Assembly (NCBI GenBank): GCA_026770705.1
Contig: JANJGN010000039.1
Coordinates: forward strand, 8,246,001-8,310,000
Source of the DNA: Isurus oxyrinchus
Taxonomy: Eukaryota
Direction: 5' to 3'
Length of the DNA: 64,000 nucleotides
The position numbers and the translations under genes are program-made. A model generated the notes under the pieces. The model searched no databases. It was not told where the DNA came from and saw nothing but the letters and a program-made list of their open reading frames with translations. Shown here piece after piece: positions 36,289 through 49,049 of the stretch; the stretch's first letter is position 1; every line of letters starts with the position of its first letter.

Positions 36289-38476
36289 AATCTCCTCTGG
36301 GGATCTCCCTCCAACAGCTTCCAACCTGATAGTCGCCCAACCTCGGATGGCCCGCTTCAATCTCCTACCCTAAATCCACAAACAGAACTGCCCAGGTAGA
36401 CCGATCGTCTCAGCTTGCTCCTGCCCCACAGAACTCATATCTCGTTATCATGACTCCCTTCTCCCTCACCTTGTCCAGTCCCTTCCCACCTATATCCGTG
36501 ATTCCTCTGACACCTTACGTGACATCAACAATTTCCAGTTCCCTGGCTCCAACCGCTTCCTCTTCACCATGGACATCCAATCCCTCTACACCTCCATCCC
36601 CCACCAGGATGGTCTGAGGGCTCTTAGCTTCTTCCTCGAACAGAGGCCCGAACAATCCCCATCCACCATTACTCTCCTCCGTCTGGCTGAACTTGTTCTC
36701 ACGCTGAACAATTTCTCCTTCAACTCCTCCCACTTCCTGCAAATAAAAGGTGTGGCTATGGGTACCCGCATGGGCCCCAGCTATGCCTGTCTCTTTATGG
36801 GGTATGTGGAACATTCCTTGTTCCAGTCCTACTCCGGCCCCCTTCCACAACTCTTTTTCCGGTACATCGATGATTACTTCGGTGCCGCTTCATGTTCTCG
36901 TCGGGACTTGGAAAAATTTATTAATTTTGCTTCCAATCTCCACCCCTCCATCATTTTCACGTCGTCCATCTCTTTCACTTCCCTTCCCTTCCTTGAGCTC
37001 TCTGTCTCAATCTCTGGTGATAGACTGTCCACCAATATCCATCACAAACCCACCGACCCCACAGCTATCTCGACTACAGCTCCTCACACCCAGCTTCCTG
37101 TAAGGACTCCATCCCATTCTCCCAGTTCCTTCGCCTCCGTCGCATCTGTTCCGATGATGCTACCTTCAAAAACAGTTCATCTGACATGTCCTCCTTCTTC
37201 CTTAACCGAGGTTTTCCACCCACGGTCGTTGACAGGGCCCTCAACCGTGTCCAGCCCATCTCCCGCACATCTGCACTCACGCCTTCTCCTCCCTCCCAGA
37301 AACATGATAGGGTCCCCCTTGTCCTCACTTATCAACCCACCAGCCTCCGCATTCAAAGAATCATCCTCCGCCATTTCCGCCAACTCCAGCATGATGACAC
37401 CGCCAAACACATCTTCCCTTCACCCCCCTTTCGGCATTCCGTAGGGATCGCTCCCTCCGGGACACCCTGTTCCACTCCTCCATCACCCCCTACTCCTCAA
37501 CCCCCTCCTATGGCACCACCACTTGCCCACGCAGAAGATGCAACACCTGCCCCTTCACTTCCTCTCTTCTCACTGTCCAAGGTCCCAAACCCTCCTTTCA
37601 AGTGAAGCAGCATTTCACTTGCATTTCCCCCAACTTAGTCTACTGCATTCGTTGCTCCCAATGTGGTCTCCTCTACATTGGAGAGACCAAACGTAAACTG
37701 GGCGACCGCTTTGCAGAACACTTGCGGTCTTTCCACAAGAATGACCCAAACCTCCCTGTCGCTTGCCATTTTAACACTCCACCCTGCTCTCTTGCCCACA
37801 TGTCTCTCCTTGGCTTGCTGCATTGTTCCAGTGAAGCCCAACACAAACTGGAGGAAAAACACCTCATCTTCTGACTTTACTACCATCCGGACTGAATATT
37901 GAATTCAACAACTTTAGGTCGTGAGCTCCCTCCCCCATCCCCACCCCCTTTCTGTTTCCCCCTTCCTTTTCTTTTTTTTTCCAATAAATTATATAGATTT
38001 TCCTTTTCCCCGCTGTTTCCATTATGAAAAGAATATATATTTTTTTACATCTTTTATGCTCTCCCCACCCCAACTAGAGCTATACCTTGAGTGCCCTACC
38101 ATCCATTCTTAATTAGCACATTCGTTTAGATAATATCACCATCTTTAACTTTAACACCTATGTGTTCTTTTGTACTATTGTTGTTGACATCTTTTGATGA
38201 TCTGCTTCTATCACTGCTTGTTTGTCCATACAACCACACTCCCACTCCACCTCTCTCTCTCTCTCTCTCTCTCCGCCCCCCACAGACACACCTTAAACCA
38301 ACTTATATTTCAACTCTTTCTTGGACTCGAACTCAAGTTCTGTCAAAGGGTCATGAGGACTCAAAACGTCAACTCTTTTCTTCTCCGCCGATGCTGCCAG
38401 ACCTGCTGAGTTTTTCCAGGTAATTCTGCTTTTGTTTTTGTTTTGGATTCCCAGCATCCGCAGTTTTTCTGTTTTT
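36289..38476 (+). mobile_element. Penelope-like retroelement (RT + GIY-YIG endonuclease), 5'-truncated and disabled
   Basis: LP*IHK...PGRPIVS, MDIQSLYTSIP, QIKGVAMGTRMGPSYA and FRYIDD (PLE-type RT), then NLVYCIRCSQCGLLYIGETKR..DRFAEH (GIY-YIG). In-frame stop at about 36371, frameshifts near 37058 and 37430, TGA at 37872. The 3' region has (CT)n and a hammerhead motif. Confidence 0.93.
38336..38374 (+). ncRNA. Minimal type I hammerhead ribozyme motif (mutated) in the Penelope terminus
   Basis: AGTT-CTGTCAA-A-GGGTC-ATGAG-GACTC-AAAA-CG-TC-AACT: stem I AGTT/AACT, stem II GGGTC/GACTC, with degenerate CUGANGA and GAAA cores. The copy at 1429-1443 keeps GAAA. Confidence 0.65.
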
Positions 38477-41395
38477 ATATTGAAGTAGAATGCTTGACTG
38501 GCATCAGAAACATCACCATAAACAGTCCAGATGAAAATTGCAGATTTGGGGATAGACTGGTCTTGGGGTTACAAATTATGGTTCTGCACCAATCAGCTGC
38601 AGCTAATGGTCCACAATGCCTCGTGAATGCCCACTTTTGATTTGTTAATCAAGGTGAAACCTACCCCATTTAGGACAATGGTTGTCTCAACACAATACGA
38701 TGGAGAGAAGCCCCAATGTGAAGGCGGAATTCATCTGTACAAGGACGTGCAGTGGTCTATCCTATCAATTCTTAAATGGACAGCTGCACCTGTGGTGGTT
38801 AGGTTTGTGGAGCGAATTCACTTAGAGGTTTGCACCTGATTGGTTCCCTGACCACCTCCCAAAGACCTAATCTAGCATTTATCTTTATGACTCTGCCAGC
38901 TCGGACATTATTGATGCTATTGATCCGCTCTTGCTCACAGACTTCAAGGTCTCCGATGGAAAGCATTTTTTCTTCTCTCTCCCTAAAACTTCGGCCATTG
39001 ATGATCATTGATTCATCTGCTGAGGTGAACGGGAGCTGGTCAGCAGAAGGGGACATTCATTGCCCATGTGTTGCGTGATGTCATGAGATGTCACTTAAGT
39101 GCCACGTGTACTGAAGGATATGAAAAATGGTGCACGCTGGAAGTGTTGCAAAATGGTATTTAGGAAAGCAGTAATAGAATTGAGCGTACCGACTAATTCG
39201 GTGGATATATTACGTTTTGGATAAGATAATTTCACTCAGATGTTTGCTCATGATTCGTATGAACTTTCAAAGCAGGAAGATGAATTATTCAGTTAAGGGT
39301 AAACAGCTTGAATCATTAAATTTATGGAATGATTACAAATCAAGCAATCAGCTTTGTCCTGGGTAAAGTCAATATCCTTGAATTCTACTGGAGCATACAT
39401 CATCTAGACAGTTGTAGCGTATCTCATCACATTCCTGATTTGTGCATTTTAGATGGAGGTAAGTTTTTGGAGAGTCAGGGGATGTGTTGCTCACCACAAC
39501 ATTTTCAGATTCTGAGCTGCCCTTCGAGTCACAGATTCCAGTCAATGGTTTGTCCAAGGATGTTGAAAACGGGGGCTTAAGCGATGGTAATGCCAGTAAA
39601 TGTCAAGGCTAATTTGTTGGATGTTCATTTGGTGCAGATGGACATTTCTTGTCAATTTTGCGGGGCGAATATTACTGATCATTCTTCAGCACAGGTCTGG
39701 CTGTTGCCCAGGACTTGATGCACATGGGCACAGATTTCATCAGCATCTGTTGAGTCGTGAATGGTGTGGAACTTTTAACAATTCTCAGCGGATATAACCT
39801 CCCCCCACTTTCCCACACCCCCCCCCCCCACCCCACCACACCAGCGTCCTACTGTGTTTCAAATGGAGAGAGCATAATTGATTCAGAAGCTAAAGATGGG
39901 TGGGCTCAGGACACTGCCCTCAGTCTGTCGTCCAGTTATGTCATGGTGCTGAGATGATGCACCTGCAAAAGAAAATAAAAATGAAAAAATAAATTATTTT
40001 TGCTTTGTATGAGTTCACTCAGTAGGGAAGTTTCCCCTTACTCTTATTGACCACAATTCTTATAACCCTCCTTGATACCACATTGTGATAACTGATGCAT
40101 TGATATAGTTCACATCCACTCTCCCCTCATCTTATAAGTACGGCACCTGTGTCCATGTTTGGAGGCAGTCCGAACCAGGAGTTCAGCTCGCACGAAGCAA
40201 AAAGTGAGGGTCAGTGAACAGTTTACTGCCGAGTATTTGGCGATGGAAAGCATTTTCTATGATACTTTTCATCACATTGATCTTGATTAAATGTAGGCTG
40301 ATGGGGCTGTACTTAGATTGGTTGGATTTGTCGTGATTATTTGTGGATAGGCATACCTGTGAAAATTCTCAAAGTTTCGCATAGTTGCCAAAGGTTTAGA
40401 TGCACCATACCAGCATCGATAGGAAGGCTGATTCAGGAGCAGTGATCTCCCGTACTATTGGCATTATCTAAATGGACCCATAACCTCTTCATCATCCAGT
40501 TCCTTCAGTCATTCCTGAAATCCGAGTGCTGAGAATCACATTGTATGAAGACTGGCATCTGTGATGCTTGTCATCCATAGGTGGAGGCCGGATGGTTCAT
40601 CTACCCGTCACTTCAGGGTGAATGTGGCTGCAAATTCTTCTGCCATGTATATGCACTGGTGTGCTGCGCTCCACAGTCATTGCTGATGGGGATATTGCTG
40701 GAGAGCAAGTGAGGTGCAGAATTTTACACCACCATTAAAGGTGACTGTGACAGGACTTCAGAGCTGAGCTATCGTTATTTGGTAGGGGGACCAATGAGCC
40801 CTGTCTTTCTCATGCTGAATACGCTTTTTTGCTTGCAAGTAGCCCCGGGCTTGAAATTCACCAGGTTAAGCCGTGTTGTTAGCTTTAATTGCTGCTGTAT
40901 TGGACATGGGGCAGGTGTCAGCAACGTTCCTTCGTTTGTGCATTTGACCTCAAAATCGTGGAAGGGAAACAGCAGAAGAGTGATGGGAACACTCTTAATT
41001 ACAAAATCCTTTCTGAGTCACGCATCAAGCTGACTTGCAGATACATCAACGTTCATTTACTGTCACTGGATCAAAAACCTGGAAATCAATCGCTCCCAGC
41101 AAATAATGCTAAGAGTCATGGGTTTTACGAGTCTGGCCAATTTGTAGTGAATTAAGCTGTAGAGGATATTAATTTAAACATCGGTGTATTAGGAGTTAGA
41201 TCTTTATCGTCAGGTAATTGGCAATTCGTAATTTTACTTTCCTGAACACAGATTAGTCTACAGACTCAAATCTTTTTGCCCAACATGGACAACCTTTTCT
41301 CGCAATTTTATGCACTTGGTACCCAGAAAAAAAATCAATTTTAAGCTTCACCTTCAAATCACAGATGTTGTCATTGAGACACAAGCGATTGTGTC

Positions 41396-41881
41396 CTAAA
41401 ACATACATTTTTCATTTCTGCTGAGTGGGCCGCACTTGAATTTATTACCCTTACCTTGACCCCATTTGTTCCATTCATTCTAATCTTGTTGCTAAATGTT
41501 TTGACAGCTAGGCGTATTTTGGCAGCCAGTAAAGTTCGCAGGGGTCTCCATAGTTGCAGTAATGGAGAACATCACAAGGACTCTGAAATAAAAAGCCGAA
41601 GAAAGTCCATTATTTTACTCTTCAGTATTACCGGCAGCTATATATTGCTCTGGACAACACCTGTTATATATATTATCTCTCTGCATGTAACAATCACGTC
41701 AAATTCTGAGGCAAATGAGCTTAGGTCAGTTGGATTCATGCTAGGGGACCTCAGTTGCTGCACAAATGCATTCATTTATGCGCTGACGCAGGCTAGGTTT
41801 AGGGAGGAGCTGAAGAGTGGAATGCAGTACCTTGTGAAACTGAGCGCAAAACTATGCAAATTACAGTGGATAACCCATTGA
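41396..41881 (+). pseudogene. GPR139-like GPCR pseudogene C (end of ECL2 through TM5-TM7 and C-tail only)
   Basis: LKHTFFISAEWAALEFITLTLTPFVPF...SCCTNAFIY...FREEL aligns ungapped to gene B (about 73% aa identity by manual count). The splice acceptor and TM1-TM4 are lost through a ~1.6-kb deletion. No first exon was found on the plus strand. Confidence 0.88.
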
Positions 41882-43469
41882 CCTGTACAGGCGGACATAA
41901 ACATTATGCCCTCATAACTCATGTTAGAATAACGCTTGTAACAACGTTTAATATCCTACTAAAAAAGGTTTCCTACTTAACATGCTCTGTTATAATATAG
42001 TGAACTATTATTCACAGTATACAGTAATCAGTGGTGAATTGTAAGTTGTGATAATAATAAAAAATAAGAATAATAATAATACTGAACAGCTCCTGTTAGC
42101 GTTGCAGAGTTTGAAAAAATGAATTGTGATGCCAGGTTTTGACAGCCTTGTGTTCATTGGAACAGTTGTTCTGATCAGCAAGAGAAGACCCAAACATCAC
42201 CAGCTGGATCATGACAACTCGACAAATGTAACATAGACAAACTTGGCAAATTTCCTACGACGTCTATTCTGGGGCAATTAGTACATAGGGGGATTTTTCA
42301 GAACATGTTTCACGAAGTCTGGCACCTTTCAAATATCGAACAGTTGCGCAATGAGCTGCTTCTCAGATTTCCATTTTCCGCACATGATTAAAACAAGGAA
42401 GGCCTGGTCATCACGTGTTTTGTGAAAGGAGGGGCAGTGGCGCATCTGATCACTCATTACCATGATTTATCGGACTGCGAGTCGACTCCATATATTGGAT
42501 TCTGTACATTTAAATCCGATTTCCCTCCGATTCATTTGAATACGCAAATGGCTCATACTTGTTTTTTCACGATTAATGAGGCTACTTCCTCTCCACATGC
42601 TCATTCACGACACTCTCTGTTTCATGTTATCCGGTCCTTTCACATACGCACAGCCACCAAATGGCTGTTATCATAATTCTCGAATATTTTCATATGTATG
42701 ACTTGAAATCCACTCATCAATGTAGCGAGTGATGCTTCAGCCAGGTATCTGCACAAATTCCCAGCCAAGAAACGTCTGATCACACATGGCCCTACCATTA
42801 ATTTCCTTTCCAGTATACCTACGCATATTGAATGCGAAAAATTGTAATGTAATTCTTCTCGTCGCATATTCTTATCATTTACTTAACTTAAAAGCCGTTC
42901 GTAGAATGCAACCATAGAAGGTCTACAGCACAGAAGCAGAGCATTTGGCCCCTCCTTTCCTTATTGTCTCACTTAAGGAAGATGCAGCCGGCAGTCACTC
43001 CGCCGGCTTCTCCCTGTTATGTGGGTGATTCGCTTTTCTCAGATATTAATCCAAAATTGTCTTGACGATTCCTAATTAACCACCCTAATCACCCGGGAAA
43101 ATGATTGTCCAGAACAACTGCCAATTAACGTTGCATTAAATAGAAAACTAGAACCGCTTTCCTTGAACAAATGAACATTAAAAACACGACAAGTTCGGTC
43201 ATGGCATGAGGGGCATAGTTGGCAAGAAAAACAATTATTGTCAATCTTTAACTGTTCTTACAGAAAAGCATACGTGATCCGTCTTTTCCAGCAGCTACAG
43301 TGTTTCTGATATCTTCACACTGGCTGCTTAGGGCCTGAATTACTAAATGCTCACACCGCCGGCTCAGCTACCACTCTTTTCTAAATGTTAGCTCTGGCTT
43401 TTCGCCATGTACACTTTCTAAATGTACATCTCGATTGCTCAGCTCCTAGTCCTTTTAGTTCCTGAGAGA

Positions 43470-44370
43470 ACATCAGTTCCTCAGGGTAATGTCCAAGGCT
43501 CAACGATGTTTAGCTCCATCATCAATGACCTTCTCTCCATCTTAAGGTCGGAATTGGGGATGTTCGCTGATGATTACACAATGCTCAACACAATTCGTGA
43601 CTCCTGAAATCATGAGGTTGTCCATGGCCAAATGCAGCATGTTCAGACTTTGGCTGAGGAGTGGCAAAGGACATTGACACCATACAAGTACCAGGCAATG
43701 TATATCTCCAAAGAGAAAATCAAACGATCGACAGCCAACATTCAATGGCATTACCATCGCTGAAAGTCGCACTATCAGCATTGTAATGCTTATCATTGAC
43801 CAGAAACAGAACTGGATTGGCCATATAAACAGAACCTCCACAATTGCGGTTCAGAGGCATGGAATCCTGCGGCGACTCCCCAATTCCATTCCACCATCTA
43901 CAAGTCAGACGATAGTACTGTGATGATATACTCCCCACTTGCTTGGGTGTGTGCAACTCCAAAACAGGCAAGAAGCACGACAGCATCTGGGACAAATCAG
44001 TCGTAGATTGACACCACATCAATAAACGATGACTCCCTCCACAACCGACGAAAAATAGCAGCAGTGTGTACTATCTGAAAGGTGCCACTGCCTGAATTTC
44101 CGAAGTCACCTTTGACATTACAGTCCAAACCCACGACCGGAGCATCTAGAAGAATAATGGGCAGCAGATTCATGGGAGCACAACGATTTGGATGTTCCCC
44201 TCCAAGCTACTCACCAGTCTGTTTGAGAAGATATCCCTGTTCCATCATTGTAATTGTGTCAAATTCCAGGAACTCCCTCCCTAAGAGCACTATGGCTGCG
44301 ATTCAAGAAGGGAGCTCACCACCATATTCTGAAGGGTACCTACGTCTGGGCAATAAATGCTGTGCGAGTG
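43470..44370 (+). mobile_element. LINE RT core to 3' tail (CR1/Jockey group)
   Basis: 'SVPQGNVQGSTMFSSIINDLLSILRSELGMFADDYTM' has the RT motifs PQG and FADD. Confidence 0.85.
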
Positions 44371-44889
44371 ATTGACGCCAAAACCCCCTTAATCAATAAT
44401 AATAAATTATCATTGTCTCCGTGGCTGCACAGCTACTGCGCTTCCTGTTTCTCCAGTCTGACAGCTCTCTTCTACTATAGTAAAATCAATGTCCTAGACA
44501 ATGCATCCTGCTTCTTATAAAACTATGCTCTACCTTTTTAGCTTCCTTACTTTTATTAACTTCTGCTTTGGGAGAAGAGTGTCTTTTACTTTCCTATCTG
44601 TGTTTTGATTATCTAGCTCCAATTATTTTTAAATCTATTTTGGGGGGGTGGGGCAGTCACTTTCTAATCCTTGCTTTGAATACCTCGCTGTCGCTCTTTT
44701 TAAAACTCTCCTCTGGCAGCTCAGCTACCGCTCTTTTACCTTTCTGCCCTGGCAACTCATCTACTTCTCTTTTAAAAAAATGTCACCTGTTCGTGATCAG
44801 CTCCCCACTCTCTCTAAATCACTGCTCTGCCTGTTCAACTGCCGCATTAAACGAATAATTTAACCTGCCCTGACTGCCAAGAGTCTAGC

Positions 44890-45520
44890 CAGCAATTGGA
44901 GACGGTTGAGTTTAATTAAGAATGGTCATTGGTTTGTAACACCATGACTTAAAATAAGAATATGCTTGTATAACCTACTAGCATTTTGATATCACAACAG
45001 AGAAAATTAATGAATTAATACATGGCAAAGTGGATTTTGAGATATTAATTGACAACTAATCGCAGATAAGGCTGCTTAAGAACATTTACGCTCATTAAAA
45101 AGGACAGAGGCGCGGATTGTGGGAGGGGGAGGAGTCGCTTTCCAATTGCATCAATTGTGGTAATGCACAGAAAACAGAAACTATTTATTATCGTTTTCAT
45201 TTAGTCTGGATGATGGTAGCCGGTGGCATTCCCCAGGAATCCGGGTTTGTTTTATTTTTGGTCGACATAGACCAGTTGAATCTTGGATTACAGCACAGCG
45301 TCTCAAAAAGGGTTAGTGATGGAGACATGGTGGGAGTTTACCAGTGAGGATGATACGAATCGGAAATCGAGAGACGAGCAGAATATGCAAGGGATTAGCA
45401 GATGCAATTTATTGTATTGCTATGTAAAATAATACAATTTGGCAGAAGGGGTAATGAAGGGAAATAGAGATGGACTGTCACTGTCCTAAAGAATGTGATA
45501 GAATGGAGGGACCAAGGTGC
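44890..45520 (+). mobile_element. Old CR1 RT fragment
   Basis: 'WMMVAGGIPQESGFVLFLVDIDQL', followed by a 'QMQF..C.I.HFGR'-like segment. Confidence 0.7.
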
Positions 45521-45849
45521 ATGTGCTTCGATTTTAGAGTATGGCAGACAGAGCCGTGCCTCAGGTATGGAAAATTGTGGCGACCGGGCCTGGCACCGCA
45601 CATTGAGGGCGGATGTGGACTGCGCTGCGGTGACCTGTGAATGCGGGCGACAATTCCTACCTGGGTAAGTTTGAAGGTGACTGTTTAAGTGACACAAATG
45701 TGCCGGCCTATTCGTATTTAGGATTCAATGGCTAGCAAAAGCAGAGACAAAGGAAATGGGGACAATATTGCTTGGAAGCAAAGAAAAGACAGAGAAAATA
45801 ACGAGAGAATGATAAGACCTTGAAATGTTCTCTGGAAAATATCTGACAT

Positions 45850-46620
45850 GTTCTGTGATTTCTGCTCTGGCTAGCACGTGACAAAAGTAGTAAGCCTGAG
45901 ATCAATCATTTGAGGTCCTACTTTTCAACATACTTCCTAACTCCTTGCATCCTGCTATTAGAAGCTAATCCCGGCATTGACCTATGTCGTTTGTAAGAAC
46001 GAGTACCACGGCCATTGTATGTTCACCCTCTCACTTCAGGATGTATTTTAGCCGCTCTGAGACATCCTTCACCCCAGCATCAGGGAGGCTACATAGCATT
46101 CTAGAGCCTCGTTTGCAACCACATAAAAGTCTATCTATTCCCCTTACAATTGAATCACCTTTTACAAGTTCATCCCTATAATGTTCACTCATCCCCTGTG
46201 CAACAAAACCAACCGTGGGGCAACGGTTTTGACTGCTGTTGCTTTCCCCTGAGAGGCCACTACCTCCAAATCTTTTCATAGCAGCGTATCTGTTTTTCAG
46301 TGGAATAGCCACAGGAGATTCCTGCAATCTCTGTCTAGTCTTCTTGCTCTGACTGGTGGTTACCCCTTCCCTTCCTGTCTGAGGACTCTTATCCTGTGGT
46401 GGGACCACGTGCCATCCAAGATATTCTGCGCCTTGCAGATGCACCACAGTGTCCCTACACGCCACTCCAGCTCCGAAACCCGGGCTTCTAGTATATGTAG
46501 CTGGCGACACTTTGTGCACACATGCTGGACCCGGGCTTTGGAAGTGTTCCAGGCTTCCAACAGAGAGCAGGAGGAAGACACCATGGCTTTGAGCCCTCCT
46601 TCCAGGCTTACCCATTTAAT
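45850..46620 (-). mobile_element. CR1 LINE ORF1 (zinc finger/coiled coil + SGNH esterase-like domain), disrupted
   Basis: 'CTKCRQLHILEARVSELE', 'IPLKNRYAAM' and 'VKGDSIVRGIDRLLCG...LPDAGVKDVSERL'. Confidence 0.85.
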
Positions 46621-47699
46621 TTAAATTAAACCTTTAGGAATATATTTAATATCACATAAAATCAATTAATTTAAGGCTCCTCTTTGTTATAGAGTAAAAC
46701 CTTGACAATCGATGAGCCACAAAATAAAACTTCAATAAGTATATGCTTTAAAAGTAGCAAATCGTTGCCCTTACCATACTCACAGGAAGATCTTGTTCCC
46801 TCGTCGCTGAACTCCATTAGTCGCTACTGCTCTCCCAACTCTTTTACAACCCACGACTCCTCTCGGGCTTCTCTTCAACTCCCAGCTCCTCTCGTGCTTC
46901 TTCTCAACTCCCGAATACTGCCGCGCTTCTCTCCTCTTAGTTAAGCCCTTGGTTAAACACTTTTTAGTAGTGGAGCACGCACACAAACCATATTTAACAT
47001 TAAAAAATCAGCTTTCAAACCACTTTTTAAAATCAGCTTCTCTGGATGTGCCAGATGCGACAGTGATATTTGTTCTGAAATGATTTTGCATTAATCAGGA
47101 GGATTTTAACTGATTGTGCTTAACCTCCCCCTCAGATCTGCCTCCACGTCTAATCAACCATCTCTCCCAAAATCATTTTATAAAATGTGATCTTGCACGA
47201 ATTCATCTGCTGGCTGGATAATTGAGAATTTGTAGTCGCAGAATAACTGACAGCAATTTAGGTGCAACAGATATTGAAATTTCTTCAGTTAAAAGGTTGC
47301 GAATCTTTGACATTCTCAACCACAGAGAGCTACTGATGCTCGGACGTTGAGATTTTACAATAAAAAAATGATAGACGTTTTTGGTACAAAGTGGATTAAA
47401 GGTGTTGGGATTTTTTATTACAATTGGAGCGAAGTTAAATGATCAGGCATGCTGAATGTGAGTGGGAAAGTAAGCTGCAAGGAACAAGTAGCCTTCGCTT
47501 CTCCAGATTTGAAGTTCATATGACCACATGTCTGCAGTAAGATTCGGCCTTTAACTTTCTCTCTCTTTTTACCTAATCCAATCAAAGCCTCTCATTCTCT
47601 ACATGAAGCTGTCTGGACTGTGTTGTGACACGCGAAATCGTAACACACAAGAGCAGAGTTGAAGTAGTCAGGATATTATTAATGGAGAAATTGGAATAG

Positions 47700-48130
47700 G
47701 GAAGCAGCAGGGAGATGGAACAGGTGGGGTATTTTCAACTTGTCAGGCTGGAACTCGGGATGAGCCAGAGGGATTACTGCTTGAGACTCTGCCATTCCCA
47801 ACCGGTATTAACGATCAGCTAATGGAGACTAATGTATTTACATCTGGAAAGCGTCCACAGCTGGAAAGAAATGTGAACTATAAGGAGAGAAGAAATAGAC
47901 TGCAAATAGATAATACATTTTAAATAAAGGGGGAAACAAGGAGTCAGATGCTGTCTGATATTAAAAAGTAAGAGTTTTTAAATATTATTAGTAAAGTCAG
48001 TAAACAGATGAATGTTCAAGTTTTGAAACGCCTGAATATAGAAATGCACAGGGGCTTTGGTTTACCCAAACAGGAACAAGGAACGACGACGCTTGCATGA
48101 AACAGCGCAAATCTAAATTGGAAGCCAATT
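47700..48130 (+). mobile_element. Very old CR1 RT fragment
   Basis: 'attttcaacttgtcaggctggaactcgggatgagccagagggattactgcttgagactc' is a decayed FS.W..V.SGVPQGS.LGP. Confidence 0.4.
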
Positions 48131-49049
48131 GCCTGTCGTCAGTAAAATGACAATAAAGGAGAAGATGATGCAAATCAAAAATATCTATTCCTTTATCTGA
48201 CCTTCTTTTGTCTTTTTGTCGGGAAAAAACTTCCTTTTGCTTTTAACCTCTGCCAGCGACCCACTTCAACACCTCAGCCACTTCCAATCCTGAACTCGTT
48301 TTGTTATTGGGATATGCATCTGTCGCTGATTATTGAACGTAAATGGATAATCAAAACCCTGGAAAATCGGGGCAAGGGTCAGCCATTTATCTGTAAGATG
48401 TGAACAAATTTCTTCACTGAAAAGCGTTGGGAATCTGTGGAATTTTCTCCACAGAAAGCAACAGATTGCTCGGTAGTTGAATTTAATCAGAAATCTTTTA
48501 ATCAAATATTTTGAAGCTGGTGGGATGAAAGTTTACATGGAGAGTTCAACGTTTGACAAAAATGACGATATACAAGTAAATTCAACGGGGCCTCAACCTT
48601 TGTTAACAAAATAACCTAACACTGCATACTTAGCACATGCCTGATGAGTACATGAGTTCAATATGTTTCGCTCTGGTCATCTTCTCTGCTTCCCCTCCCC
48701 CTCCACCCACCCTTATTTTCCTGAGCCTGTCTCTGTAACTGAGGCGGTTTAGTCAGTTTCTAAATGTTTCTTCAGCATTAAAATAATAGGCAGCAAACGG
48801 TTCTTGCTGCAAACGGTATTTCCGTCTGGCAAACAGGCTGCTCGACGAAGGGAGGAACATAGACCGGTTTAGTAACGCTATGTGCGTTCTACAGCTCAAC
48901 TAACTTTGGAGAAAATTGGATGAAAATATGTGACCAAAGTCTTGAAAAGTTTAGATACCTCGCGTTAGGAAAGCGTTCAGTTGTAATTTCAAGCAATATC
49001 AGCCAGATTTAGAAATATGAATATAGTAATAATATTAAAATGTATACAA

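Larger units (their letters stand above)
38480..44400. repeat. Inverted, older duplicate of the GPCR gene unit (copy C)
   Basis: 38480-41095 matches the reverse complement of ~210-3230 (and ~25170-28080). 41170-41395 matches rc of ~22045-22292, 41396-41881 rc of 19919-20404, and 41882-44400 rc of ~17325-19918. Confidence 0.88.

Noticed and set aside
35560-36289. Possible endogenous viral ORFs next to the Penelope element
   Set aside because: The nucleotide sequence resolves into a decayed CR1 3' end (to about 36115) and a reversed LINE tail; no viral motif was seen.
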